Shown here: one piece after another, positions 39,501 to 48,687 of the stretch
Numbering within the stretch: the stretch's first letter is position 1
Layout of the letters: every line of letters begins with the position of its first letter
Source: Phoronis australis
Lineage: Eukaryota > Animalia > Phoronida
Assembly: GCA_002633005.1 (NCBI GenBank)
Contig: NMRA01000036.1
Location: 248,001-312,000, forward strand
Length of the DNA: 64,000 nucleotides
Reading direction: 5' to 3'
Program-made: the position numbers and the translations under genes
The notes under the pieces: model-generated
What the model was told of the DNA's origin: nothing
Databases searched by the model: none
What the model saw: the letters and a program-made list of their open reading frames with translations, nothing else

Positions 39501-41582
39501 TTGCCAAGCTTTTCTATATCAGAAACTAGGCTGATGATCTTTCCGCCAATAGTTAAACCAAGTGACAGTTTATGACATCTAAACAGTACAAACCAAGTGA
39601 CGTTTTATGACATCTAAATAGTACAAACCAAGCTAATATATGGGCTGCGCAGCCCTGAAATAAGTGAGGGCTATAGCCCCCCAGCCCCCTATGGTGCACG
39701 GACCATGTAATAATAGACTAATAGAATTTCCTTAATATTTACTTTTGTTGCGAAATTTGGCGGGTTAAGCTTCAGTCGTCAGTGATATTTTGTACTAAGT
39801 GGGTTAAGAATTGCCATATCTTAAATTTTGAAATCATGGTGATTGGGATTATCCACAGTATTTGTGTTACTGTGCAGTGAAATGCTTTTTACAAATTTTC
39901 AACCAAAGTAATTTAAACTGTTGCAAACATCTAAGTCTTGTCAGCACGCCCATCCGTCGGTCACATGATATGACCTAATGAAGATAAGCCTGAAAAGATT
40001 TCTGCCCCCAACCGGGACTCGAACCCAGGACCTTCTGCTAACTGTGCAGACACTCCAGCCATTGAGATTGACATATTCATATACACTAATTTAAAATGGG
40101 AAGAAAATTTTACATCATTAGTACATGTTGTACAGCTGTAATCAACAAGGCCCAAGGAAATGTCAGCATTATAGATTTTGAAAAATGAACCATTTTACCA
40201 AATATTTTTTTCAAATTTGAGGTAACTATGCCTTGGTATTAAAATTGTTGGGTATTGTTTCTGTACCCTATGAAAGATGTATTTGAATGCTCCTAACTAT
40301 GCTAATCTAACTAAATGACACTGCTATTTGAACATCATCTGCGCTAAACAAAGTGCAGTTGTATTCATTGACTACTTGAAAATGTGAAAACAAAAATTCT
40401 GCAAATAGGTGACCTTTGCACTAATGTTGTACCTTGAGGGCTTACATAGCCGGCATCACGCAGTGTTATTCCCTGACACCACGTCACAATACTTACTGGA
40501 TATGGTTGAGTGATTTATGGCAGATTCTTTTTGACATAAAACTCGTTCTTAAAAACATTTGGCAATTTTCAACCTTCTTCATATTCACATCATCGCCATA
40601 TGTTGTGTTTCTAACAGATTTGACCAACCAATCTCAGAGATAAGGAATTATCGTGCAAGTTCCACTTTAAGCATAATGCTTTGGTTTCATATCCAGTAAG
40701 TCATGGTGATTGTGTTATTAAAAGGCTCCTGTGAACCAGCCTAATCAGTTGAAAATCTTATGTATGATTGAGCATGGTGCAACTCCTACACTAACATTTG
40801 GGATTTTGTTACCCCACCGCCTGTTCTAATTGATTAACAAATTAACACGCGCTACTGAAGAAATCCTAGTATTCACTATTTTTGATAATATGGCATTGAT
40901 TTTAAAAAATTGAAGACCGCTAATATTTTCAATTTTAAAAACAGTCATTTTAGTTGTTTGCCTTACTTATACTTCGTTTTTTACTTTGAAACTAGTACGT
41001 TTAAACATGCAAGTTGATTACAACTGCAATTATCTCTGTCAATACACATTTGGACAAGCCCATGAATAGGGTAAAGTTCACTTCAAACTGTGACAGGGCT
41101 GAACAGTGCACGCGTGCAAATCCTGTCAGCGTAGTAAGATTTGCCTAATGAAGCACTTGCTATCATAAAACTGTTGTCAATTTGTTCCTTACACCAAGAA
41201 GTTACGATTTCTGGGCTTTGGGAAAGATGTGACAGTTTGATTATTAGCTTTAGGCTGTGCTCGACACCTGAAATGATCCAGCCAAGTTGTTGACCTTAGT
41301 CTCAAACAATAGTGAAATCTTACTTTCTCTGAGCCCAGAATTAATTTCTAGTCTGTGGAAGGATTCACGAATTAACTCCATGTTATGCCATCTGGTGGTC
41401 TGAACCAGAAGTTGGTTTTTAACAGAAGGCATACCACTTTAATCTACAATTCTTGTTAAATTAAGTCACTCTATTTTTACTGTTTCAGAGACAATAATGG
41501 TTACGAGTGGCAGGAATCCGTGGCTGATTTGGGCTATGAAGATCCTGATGATACGTTATATAACATTGCAGACGACTTATGA
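443..41582 (+). CDS. Multi-exon cadherin gene, 3' portion (CDH23 / Cad87A / Cad88C-like: EC repeats + membrane-adjacent domain + TM + short tail); 5' end lies upstream of the window
   Basis: 15 exons joined by GT-AG introns with matching phases. Cadherin motifs DRE, DxNDN/DMDDN and AxDxD are present. The last EC repeat plus juxtamembrane region (GILRTNMVSYADYIDGYFTLKV...IYVFRENYQTKFTFNKSPQEV...VKYHMDGNG...ADVCVDVVN) parallels the CDH23 EC27-MAD28 pattern as I recall it. The terminal exon link is inferred. Confidence 0.88.
1179..1368 (+). CDS. Cadherin exon (VTIQVTDINDNPPVF...RATDKD...TSR)
   Basis: ttttccag| acceptor, |gtatgg donor, phase 0/1, canonical DINDNPPVF linker. Confidence 0.95.
4494..4723 (+). 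CDS. Cadherin exon (GLFQVDFLTGVISTRQ...DGRPVF...VFE)
   Basis: ctttccag| acceptor, |gtaagt donor, phase 1/0, FxVDxxTGVI motif. Confidence 0.93.
6317..6499 (+). CDS. Cadherin exon (NKPKGTFV...GRDSD...LDREEQEIYE)
   Basis: ttttgcag| acceptor, |gtatgt donor, 183 nt, phase 0/0, LDRE motif. Confidence 0.95.
6890..7110. repeat. 53-bp minisatellite (GCAACTGTATTGCCAGTGCCC...), ~3 good copies then decays
   Basis: unit starts at 6890, 6943, 6996. Confidence 0.85.
8192..8327. mobile_element. Short MITE with imperfect TIRs (PIF/Harbinger-like ends)
   Basis: tgggtccagttgcataaaa ... ttttatgtaacccagccca. Confidence 0.55.
9283..9396 (+). CDS. Cadherin exon (IIVVLTDEDTPP...VLDMDDNVPLFGLCQD)
   Basis: cttttttag| acceptor, |gtaagc donor, 114 nt, phase 0/0, DxDDN linker. 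Confidence 0.93.
10097..10214 (+). CDS. Cadherin exon (VEDPIRASVPESEPKGT...TACDKD...YKIV)
   Basis: cttcag| acceptor, |gtaagg donor, phase 0/1, xPE and AxDxD motifs. Confidence 0.93.
10504..11040. repeat. 37-bp minisatellite, ~14.5 copies (TAATGTGCCCAGTGTACACTCCTTG-N5-CTTATAA)
   Basis: units start at 10504, 10541 and so on; internal palindrome AGTGTACACT. Confidence 0.97.
11596..11997 (+). CDS. Cadherin exon (AGDGMELFEI...LDRE...DRDDSEPEF...SAVDKD...EETT); alternative start at 11599
   Basis: tttgtag|cag| tandem acceptor, |gtaagg donor, phase 1/1. Confidence 0.93.
12348..13032. repeat. ~55-bp direct repeats (12348-12401, 12980-13032) flanking a degraded segment; unclassified mobile relic
   Basis: aaaaggagagcgaggtaggcgatagaaggtcattttttatgac vs aaaaggagactgagggaggcgatataaggtcatttattatgac. 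Confidence 0.6.
13569..13681 (+). CDS. Cadherin exon, last EC repeat (GILRTNMVSYADYIDGYFTLKVNAKNSRGKTTDIVTVQ)
   Basis: attgcag| acceptor, |gtacgt donor, phase 1/0. Confidence 0.9.
14167..14255 (+). CDS. Membrane-adjacent domain exon 1 (IYVFRENYQTKFTFNKSPQEVQKDLNKFK)
   Basis: gtgttacag| acceptor, |gtgagt donor, phase 0/2; not in the ORF track. Confidence 0.88.
15276..15362 (+). CDS. Membrane-adjacent domain exon 2 (ELEKVMRYKIYPKEVKYHMDGNGDYQTQK)
   Basis: ggtttcag| acceptor, |gtaagt donor, 87 nt, phase 2/2; fills the segment expected from the CDH23 pattern. Confidence 0.88.
16472..16601 (+). CDS. Membrane-adjacent domain exon 3 (ADVCVDVVNINKLVSYDTIVKQRGFDSADVKVILSKYGVVGQG)
   Basis: cttttgtag| acceptor, |gtaagt donor, phase 2/0. 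Confidence 0.88.
17228..17361 (+). CDS. Transmembrane exon (ACVPLSKTYSYGNMYWLWYILFVLAAIIWLIATILTVIVFFLWNR)
   Basis: tttacag| acceptor, |gtgagt donor, phase 0/2, long uninterrupted hydrophobic stretch. Confidence 0.92.
17975..18003 (+). CDS. Cytoplasmic microexon 1, 29 nt (R-FQKKMKEAK)
   Basis: long polypyrimidine tract + gcag|, |gtgagt donor, phase 2/1, basic stop-transfer sequence. Confidence 0.8.
18697..18721 (+). CDS. Cytoplasmic microexon 2, 25 nt (YVEDPQVA)
   Basis: tatttcag| acceptor, |gtaagt donor, phase 1/2 matching the previous exon. Confidence 0.72.
19071..19090 (+). other. Candidate 20-nt microexon (gives K-M-stop in the frame of the preceding exon)
   Basis: ttgtttctag|GATGTGACATATCTCAAAAT|gtaagt; strong splice signals only. 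Confidence 0.3.
20722..20764 (+). CDS. Candidate optional cytoplasmic exon (DKIPVAEVLYGTNK)
   Basis: strong AAG|gtaagg donor, weak acceptor, phase 2/0. Confidence 0.25.
21039..21103 (+). CDS. Candidate optional cytoplasmic exon (DSDFKTSDRNLVLHSRFTIAA)
   Basis: tgtttcag| acceptor, |gtaatt donor, phase 0/2; restores the phase needed for the terminal exon. Confidence 0.2.
22359..22448. repeat. 30-bp tandem repeat x3 (AATACTGGCATGGACCAACATGAGCAAAAC)
   Basis: direct inspection. Confidence 0.9.
26034..26929 (-). mobile_element. Internally deleted ISL2EU-like DNA transposon carrying a THAP fragment
   Basis: Perfect TIR AGCGGATTTGCAGCG at both ends, AT flanking each end (26032-33, 26930-31), THAP-like ORF inside; superfamily assignment is inference. 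Confidence 0.75.
26617..26823 (-). pseudogene. Truncated THAP zinc-finger N-terminus (MSAKKTYGGYTCVPGC...SFYVFP...LREKWINNIRR)
   Basis: C-VPG-C, F-x-x-F-P and R-x-x-W THAP signatures; the distal C-x2-H-F is missing. Confidence 0.8.
27744..28040. repeat. 50-bp minisatellite, ~6 copies (AAAGGAAGACTGTGGGTTGGCATAATGATTTTACTTCTAGTTAGTTGTTC)
   Basis: GAAGACTGTG at 27791, 27841, 27891, 27941, 27991. Confidence 0.95.
29607..29662. repeat. 14-bp tandem repeat x4 (TTGGTCCTATGTTG)
   Basis: direct inspection. Confidence 0.95.
30543..31584 (+). mobile_element. Helentron/HINE-like non-autonomous element with an internal ~140-bp degenerate tandem array
   Basis: 5' TTTTTATCCCCCG followed by GTCCG repeats, internal repeats carrying atgaaattt/CCTAGTGG, 3' end ...CTAGTTT; a related fragment lies at ~12145-12295. 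Confidence 0.55.
32140..34065 (-). mobile_element. Decayed DIRS/Ngaro-type tyrosine-recombinase retrotransposon (RT end-RNase H-YR plus 3' terminal region)
   Basis: Minus-strand translation gives SLPQDK...VTLHDLQSLIGLLNFVCSAIVPGRAFLRRLI, IMFKEHLPIVIALQLWG (RT/RH), YISHLSKTGLSASSIQSYMS...LPDPT and RWKS...YIR (YR); many frameshifts. Confidence 0.88.
34489..34626. repeat. Tandem duplication, 80-bp period, 2 copies
   Basis: gataggtaacaaatggtaacctataaataaatca at ~34495 and ~34575. Confidence 0.9.
38018..38398 (+). repeat. Dispersed repeat; second direct copy at ~40273-40670 (TTAA-ended MITE-like)
   Basis: shared gctaaacaaagtgcagttgtattcattgac ... gtgcaagttccactttaa. Confidence 0.8.
39980..40066 (-). 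mobile_element. tRNA-derived SINE head
   Basis: minus strand ctcaatggctggagtg (A-box-like) ... GGTTCGAGTCC (B box); no full cloverleaf. Confidence 0.65.
40855..41075 (+). repeat. Dispersed MITE-like family segment; related copy at ~42365-42575. A second shared block recurs at ~34140, ~38465, ~41195 and inverted at ~43070
   Basis: ttttttactttgaaact(a/c)gtac ... ctgcaattatctc shared; ttctgggtttgcaaa(a)gaacta shared. Confidence 0.65.
41489..41582 (+). CDS. Probable terminal cadherin exon (DNNGYEWQESVADLGYEDPDDTLYNIADDL*)
   Basis: ctatttttactgtttcag| acceptor, phase 2 matches microexon 2, acidic Tyr-rich tail with terminal Leu, followed by 3'UTR-like AT-rich sequence. Confidence 0.7.
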
Positions 41583-43281
41583 CAGTCATACACCACCTGT
41601 AATCCTGATCATGTGACTTGAGTTCTCATTGATGATTGGTGCACCTTTGTTTTTGTAAATATTTAAAGAGACTTACTAAAGTAAAAGTATATGTATATGT
41701 GAATTATTTTCAGTAGATATATAAATATATATATATATTTATGTATGTGTATATACCAGAAATGAAGAGTGGAACCATGATGCATTTCTCTGTCAAATAG
41801 TCATTGTTTGCTCTGTAACTAATTCTAACATGACTAAACAGTGCTTATGGAAATTTTAAAATAACTCACATTTGGTCTTGGGAATGGATTGAGAACAAAA
41901 AATGTTCTTTAGCATTTGAGTAGTTTGTTACATAAGAACCCTGCAGGAGCTGAATGCACTGAGGTGTTGCCATATGAGAAGACTCTTGTTTCACTAGTGA
42001 CACCTAGGGAATATCAAGTTGCTCATTTATTAATACTTGCTTTTAATCTGAGCACTTCCCTCTTTAGCTGTCTTTAGCTTTCTTATCCATGGACAAAACC
42101 TGACTTTGTGTTATTGCTAAGAGTAAGTATGTTAAATTCTTGTCAATTTCAGAGAAACATCGTTGCCAAAATTGATCATTTTACAAGGGCCAGAATTATT
42201 CAAAGGGTTGTTTGTATCCTGCAGTAGTTTGGACATACATAAGACAAATCCAACACTAACATTTAGGGTTTTTCTTACCCCAACGCCTAAGTGAGCCTAA
42301 GCCAAACTGTGACTAACCCGTCCTAATCTATTCACAAATTGATTCTCGTGGCTTAGCCATGATGCTGAAGAAAATCTTTATGCTAATTGCCCTTATAATG
42401 CCTCAATTTTAAAATTTCAAAGATGACTATTACTTACTTTTCAATTTAAAACAGTCATGTTGTTCTTTTGTCTCAGTTATTGCTCGGTTTTTTACTTTGA
42501 AACTCGTACACTAAACAGACGGCTTGGTTTATGACTGCAATTATCTCATCCAGCCCATTCAGCCAGGCCCATATAGCTCCCCTCAATCTATGATGGCGCC
42601 ATCAAGCCTTTGATGTGCCGAAGACTTTGCTGGATACTTTGGGGGTAAATGGCGCATTCTTTCTCGTCCACTTGCATGCAAATTTTGTTAGGATAAGATT
42701 TGTCTAATGTAGCACTTGAAAATTGCAAATCTATTTTTTATGTATCCATACTTTATGAAAAAAGAACATGCCAGAGTGTCCAAGGAAGAGCAGTGTCGTG
42801 GGCGCAAGTCTTTTGAACTGATCTGGTGTCGATAGAAATCTCTTGCTGTTCTTTCAAGGAACAGTTTGTTAAAAATCAAATTTTGATTTAGGCCGCCACC
42901 ATTTTGCAACTGGTCTCAAATTGTTCATTGGTCAAACTGGAGTTGATCTTAGTGCTTCCAAGGAACTGGCTGATCTCTAGTGCTTGAGACCACCCTGTAC
43001 AAGTTCGCTTGTCAGCCAAGGATGTCGTTTCAAATTGTGCAGGAAGGTAGTCTCAAGGATTAGCAAACTGTCAGTTCTTTGCAAACCCATCACTTCTTGT
43101 CAGAGTTAGGAACAAATTGGATCGTATATAGGGTGATAGCCACTTTGATTAGTCTATTTCGCGATTTTAATTTTAGGTCCTTAAAGTGGAGGAAAGCCCG
43201 TTTAAAATTGAAAAATCCAATTGTGTTTTTGTTTTGAAATATACAATTGTAAATTGTATACTGTTATTGTGAACATTTATT

Positions 43282-43287
43282 AATAAA
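43282..43287 (+). terminator. Candidate polyadenylation signal of the cadherin gene
   Basis: AATAAA with upstream TGTA elements and a downstream T/GT-rich tract at ~43316-43340; implies a ~1.7 kb 3'UTR. Confidence 0.45.
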
Positions 43288-43574
43288 CTGTTACTTTTAT
43301 ACCAGAATGCATAGCTTTTTGCTTTGTGTTTTGCTTTTGAACTGCTGTTCATAGTGATGTACAACTGTCTATTAATGACTCTGCACCAAGGGTGAAAGTA
43401 CGTGCGTCACAAGCTCATTACCAGAGATGAAAACGTAACGGAGACTAGCTAAGATGGGCAATAAAAAAGCACGAGAGAAGTTAAATACTGGCTGCATGTC
43501 ATTGAATTTCGATGCCATCAAACGTTCAACGAGAAGAGCGTCGACTTACTTTTATAACACAAAAGCAATGCGGC

Positions 43575-44096
43575 CATTACGGCGTTTTCCCGTTGCTCCC
43601 AAATTGTTCGATTTTATATCCCAACAAGTTGGGAAGAATGCCGATGTAGCCAATATCTCACACGACTGTACAACTCCATTCTGGCATTTATGGTTGGAGG
43701 GCCACCTCTCTTTGTTCCATAATTGCTCTAATCTCCAGTAAGATCATGTCTAGCCTGTCGTTCTGGGCTGTGCTGCTAAAAATAAAAGTTAATTTAAGTT
43801 ATGACGTATTTGAACATAAAGCAATAGCAGTTTTGAAATCCTCGTCAAATGGTGATCATGTTTAATTTTGAATTGCCAAAATCGCCTAACTACAACCGAA
43901 GTTGGACAATCTATTCTTTCCTAATGTACGAATTCGCTCTGGGTTTAACTGTGTTCACATGTGGTCTGCAATAAGCCTGGTAGATAATTGGCCTGCCTGT
44001 TGTCATACCAGACAAAAGACTGTGCTTGGCAGTTCACAAAGAAGCTCACAACCCTCTACGTCTGGTAAAGTCAGTGAACGGCAAAACGTCGTCATG
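43575..44096 (+). mobile_element. ~520-540 bp MITE family, copy 1 (TIR CATKACRGCGTKTTCCCGTT)
   Basis: cattacggcgttttcccgtt ... gaacggcaaaacgtcgtcatg; homologous to 45495-46032 and 58046-58517. Confidence 0.85.
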
Positions 44097-45280
44097 CATT
44101 AAACCAATTGCTAAAATTGTTCTGAAGGTACCAATTTTTCAAGTTTATGAAATCTGCTTAATTAGAGGAAGGTTTCCTGAATTTCGAGCAAAAATGATGT
44201 CCAAATTTGTCATTTTTCCATTTTCAGATGCTCAAGTGTATTGCCAAAAATGTCCAAAATTTCCTCATGTGTTTGCTGATGACATCTGTACTATATAGAG
44301 TTGTCACAATCAAGTAAAATCGTTTCCTTGTTTACTCCTTCGGCGACTTGTTTCCATGACTGCATAGACGCCAACCACAGTTGAGGTATGACCAACAGAG
44401 TGGTTCATTTGGGTGCAAATCCTGGCTATGAAAACAAAACAAAGTACGACCGGCGTGTCTCTAAAAAATTTGTCCGGTTTAATTGATGAACCCCGATCAT
44501 GGCTTATTGCTTACACGCATTATGTTCAGATGAATACATTCATTATCATAGGATACACAATAAATTTAACAAGGCTGTTTGCCTTTAATTCGTTAGGAGG
44601 TCTAATAATCGTTACTTGACGATCAGAGTCAATTTTGCTTGTTGAATGAAGGGGGTCACCTAAGTGATTACATATGAGATGGGTTTAACGATTGGAAACT
44701 GCTATTGCCAGCTATATAATGTCAATCATGCAATTTAGGCGTGACTTACATATTAGTTGGTTCGGGGTTATGAAAGCTATAATGAAGAAGAGCCTAATGA
44801 TTGTTGGCGCTGATGTCATATGTCAATCGCAATTATTCCAGTTGTGTTAGTCGAGCAATCGTCAAGAGCTCGTTAATTTCATCTTGACCAGCATACTTGC
44901 CAAGAACATTTCATGGCAATTATTGTTTTGCTTTAAGCGATATTAGCTTGTATTTGAAACTTTAATATGTAGAGTTGAAGTATTCTAATTTTTAACAATT
45001 TGCGTAGTGTTTTGTTTCCGTTATTTATAAAAATATGGATTTTTTGTTACTCAAGATAATCACGAAATAAATAATCTACTAAGAATTCTACAATTTACTT
45101 AGTGGGAATAACATTGTTGCTTAGGATCAGGCTAAAAAGATCACCTGCCGTAACATCTCACCAGTTTTAGGCATAGTCGTCAAAATAGTCGGACCGGAAC
45201 AGGGGGTCCCCATCCAGCGAAGAGTATATTTGTTTGTGACAGCAACTAGTAGCAATTTATATTAATAAAAACAACAACAG

Positions 45281-45340
45281 ACTTACAACGGCTTGTTATG
45301 TTTCGGTGTCGTTTATTTAAACACCTTCATCAGAAGAAGA
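45281..45340 (-). ncRNA. Degenerate type I hammerhead ribozyme motif in the Penelope 3' region
   Basis: minus strand CTGATGA-A-GGTGT-loop-ACACC-GAAA-C...GTTGTA; stem II intact, stems I and III weak; ~125 nt after the ORF stop. Confidence 0.6.
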
Positions 45341-45457
45341 GAGAACATAGTGGCCACCTAGCTAAGCTCAACAACAAGTGGTGAAACACAGATACAGTCA
45401 GTTAAAGCTGGGAGTAATATTTGATATTGGTCCTAGGTTACAGGGAGTGACAATAAA

Positions 45458-47280
45458 CTACACCAACGATGACAACCTATGGTTTGCCTATTGACATGAC
45501 AGCGTGTTCCCGTTCAGTGACTTTACCAGACGAAGGGGGTTCTGAGCGTGTGATAACATCTAGCTTCTTTGCCAACTGCCAAGCGAAGTCTAGTTTGTCT
45601 GTTATGACGACAGGCAGGCCAATTATCTACCAGGCTTATTGCACACCATGTGTGAACACCGTCAAACCCCGAGCGAATTGGTACATTCAGGAAGAATAGA
45701 TTATCGTAACTTCGGTTGCAGTTGGGCGATTTTGGCGATTCAAAAGCTAAACATGATCACCATTTGATGAGGATTTCAGAAATGCTGTTGGTTTATGTTC
45801 AAATATGTTATAACTTAACTTTTATTTTTAACAGCACAGCCCAGTCAGGCTAGATACGATCTTATTGAAATTTAGAGCAACTATCGAACAAAAGAGAGCT
45901 GTCCCTCCAACCATGAATGCCAGAACGGAGTAAATCAGTCGTGTAAGATATTGGCTACAGGGGTAAACTTCCCAACTTAATGTTGGGCTATAGAATCGAA
46001 CAAGTTGGGAGCAACGGGAAAACGCTGTAATGGAGATTGGGCTTGCACCAACTGAATTTTAAGCTCCTTTGCTGTTTCTGCTTGGTCTATTATAGCTAAG
46101 TCATTGAAAGAGCATTGCTGATAACAATGATTGGAGCTTTACAGATGAATATTTACATGTGAACCTCTATCAGAATTTAGATGTTCCCTGGTCCTGGGTT
46201 TCAAATGACGAACACATCCAGCACAAATAAATTTGTACACTACCCTGGACCAGACTCATAGGAATTTTGTCCTTAGGGTTAAATAAATTGGACAGTTTTA
46301 GAGACTTGAATGTTAATACAACTCTTAAGTAACACAGTAATCATTCACCAATTTGTTGACTTTTCGTTGAGCAATCTTGACGTAAAACCCATCATAGGGT
46401 ACTTTAAAGTACTTGTAGTTAGTTTTATCTACAGGATGAATATCATCAGGGTTACGTTGCAGTCTTGCTTTCAGTACCCTATTGACTAATTCTAGGAATA
46501 ATCATTCTTTTTCAAATTCATTGTAAGTTCTTTAATTTTAGAATCAAATCTAGCCCTAGTGTTGTTAATGCGATATACACTGTCTATTAGAGTTTTAATG
46601 AGACCTACTTTATAAACGAAGGATGTGAAGCTATGAAGACAAGTGTACAGTCCGAGTAGGTCTTGTTATGAAATACTGATGTTACTACTGAGGTACCCTC
46701 ACGCTCCACTAACACGTCCAGAAATGGCAAAATGTTGTCGACCTCTAATTGTATATTGAATTTCAAGTTAGGATGCCTCGAGTTTAAATACACCAAAATT
46801 CCTGAGCTGACTGCTGACTTTCAAATATACAAAACACATCATCTGCATATCGTCCACAAAAATAGCCACGAGGACCAGTGTACGTCTCATTCCATGTTTT
46901 CTCATGGTGACCTTAAAATATGCCGGCTCAATATTGGAGCCAAAGGTGAACCCATTGCTATACCATCAATTTGGTTAAAAATCTCCTCATTAAATACAAA
47001 ATGGGGTTTGCTGGTGGCAAATTTGAATAGCTCCATGAGTTCAGCTCGAGTAATCTTTACACCGGGGTCGTTCTTCATTATACAGTCAGTAGCCAAAGAT
47101 ATACATTCGTCCACAGGTAGGTTAATAAACAAACTCACAATATCAAAAGAAGCAAGAACTGATTCATGAGAACTTGACCCCTAACCTCAGAAACAAAAGA
47201 GAATGTATAACCTGTTGTGTAATCCTCATTTATGTGTGGTTTGAGTAGCTTGCAAAAGTACTTGGCAAGATTATAGTTGA
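45458..47280 (-). mobile_element. Penelope-like (Poseidon-type) retroelement relic: RT + GIY-YIG, 5'-truncated
   Basis: YNLAKY, SFDIVSLFINLP, FNEEIFNQIDGIAMGSPLAP, RYADD, HPNLKF, LPFLDV; C-terminus KPNLNRQ...stop at 45458-60. Confidence 0.92.
45495..46032 (-). mobile_element. Same MITE family, copy 2, inserted in the Penelope ORF end with a GA target duplication
   Basis: ga|catgacagcgtgttcccgtt ... aacgggaaaacgctgtaatg|ga; removing it rejoins KPNL|NRQ. Confidence 0.9.
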
Positions 47281-48071
47281 AGGCATCCTAACTTGAAATT
47301 CAGTATAGAATTAGACGTCGACAACATTTTGCCATTTCTGGACGTGTTAGTGGAGCGTGATGGTATCTCAGTAGTAACATCTGTATTTCATAAGAAGACC
47401 TGCACAAGACTGTACACTTGTTTTTATAGCTTCACATCCTTTGTTTATAAAGTAGGTCTCATTAAAACTCTGATAGATAGTGCGTATCGCATTAACAACA
47501 CTTGGGCTAGATTTGATTTTAATATTAAAGAACTTACAACGAATTTGCAAAAGAAAGAATGTCAAACTAAGGTACTGAAAGCAAGACTGCAACGTAACCC
47601 TGATGATATTCATTATGTAGACAAAACTAACTACAAATACTTTAAAGTACCCTATGTTGGGTTTTACGGTAAGATTGCTCAACGAAAACAAAACAAATTA
47701 GTTAATGATTACTGTGTTAACATTCAAGTCTCTAAAACTGCCGAAATTATTTAACCCTAAGGACAAAATTCCTATGGGTCTACGGTTCAGGATAGTGTAC
47801 CAATTTATTTGTGCTGGATGCGGCTCCAGTTATATAGGCGAAACTATTCGCATTTGAAAACCAGGACCAGGAAACATCTAAGTTCTGACAGAAGTTCACA
47901 TATTAATATTCATTTGCAGAGCTCCAATCATTGTTATGAGCAATGCTCTTTCAATGACTTTGCTGTAATAGACCAAGCATAAACAACAAAGGAGCTTAAA
48001 ATTCGTGAGGCTCTACACATTAGTTGGTGCAAGCCCAATCTCAATAGACAACTGGCACACCACAGGTTGGA
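47281..48071 (+). mobile_element. Inverted partial copy of the same Penelope element (thumb + GIY-YIG endonuclease)
   Basis: RHPNLKFSIE..LPFLDV; KDKIP...VYQFICAGCGSSYIGET...ELKIREALHI..KPNLNRQ; reverse complement of 46033-46778. Confidence 0.92.
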
Positions 48072-48261
48072 AATTACTTGAAAACCATTGTTTCTGCAAT
48101 ACATTAGAAACTGCACGTTTCACTGCACCTAGTACTGCGTCAATAGATTTGTAGAAGTCCCACTGTCGTTGAGAGGCCTGTCTACAAGGAAATATAATCT
48201 AGGGTCCTGTAGTGTGGACCAGATCAATCACCACATTAGTAATGGCTTCACGGCTATCGTG

Positions 48262-48687
48262 GGCCAAGTCCGATGTAAGTTCTATTTATTACAGTAATAA
48301 TTCGCAATTTATTCCAGTAATAATTCTTTAACCAAACAGAAGCCAGGAATAATTACTGTAATTAATATCTATTGCTGGGATAGATATTAAGTACAGTAAT
48401 AAATATTTATTACAAACAGATTATATATTCAAAATGACTTATTCTTATTAAAATGACATAGGCAAAAAAAAGAATTTCAGGCCTCAAAAGCGAGGCCCTC
48501 TATATTAATATAGGCGGCCTCGCTTTTGAGGTCCGAAATTCAATTTTTGCCTATGTCATTTTAATAAGAATAAGTCATTTTAAATAATAAGCTGTTTACA
48601 GTAATTATTCAGTAATTATTCTTGGCTTCTAATTGGCTAAATCTCAAATTACTATAGTAATAAATCGGACTTATGTCGCACATGGCC
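48262..48687. mobile_element. Foldback/MITE with GGCC ends and a near-perfect central 150-bp palindrome (48431-48581)
   Basis: arms aaaatgacttattcttattaaaatgacataggcaaaaa / tttttgcctatgtcattttaataagaataagtcatttt, centre TATATTAATATA. Confidence 0.85.

Noticed and set aside
39980-40066. Functional tRNA gene
   Set aside because: A B box is present but the acceptor and D stems cannot be formed; better explained as a SINE head.
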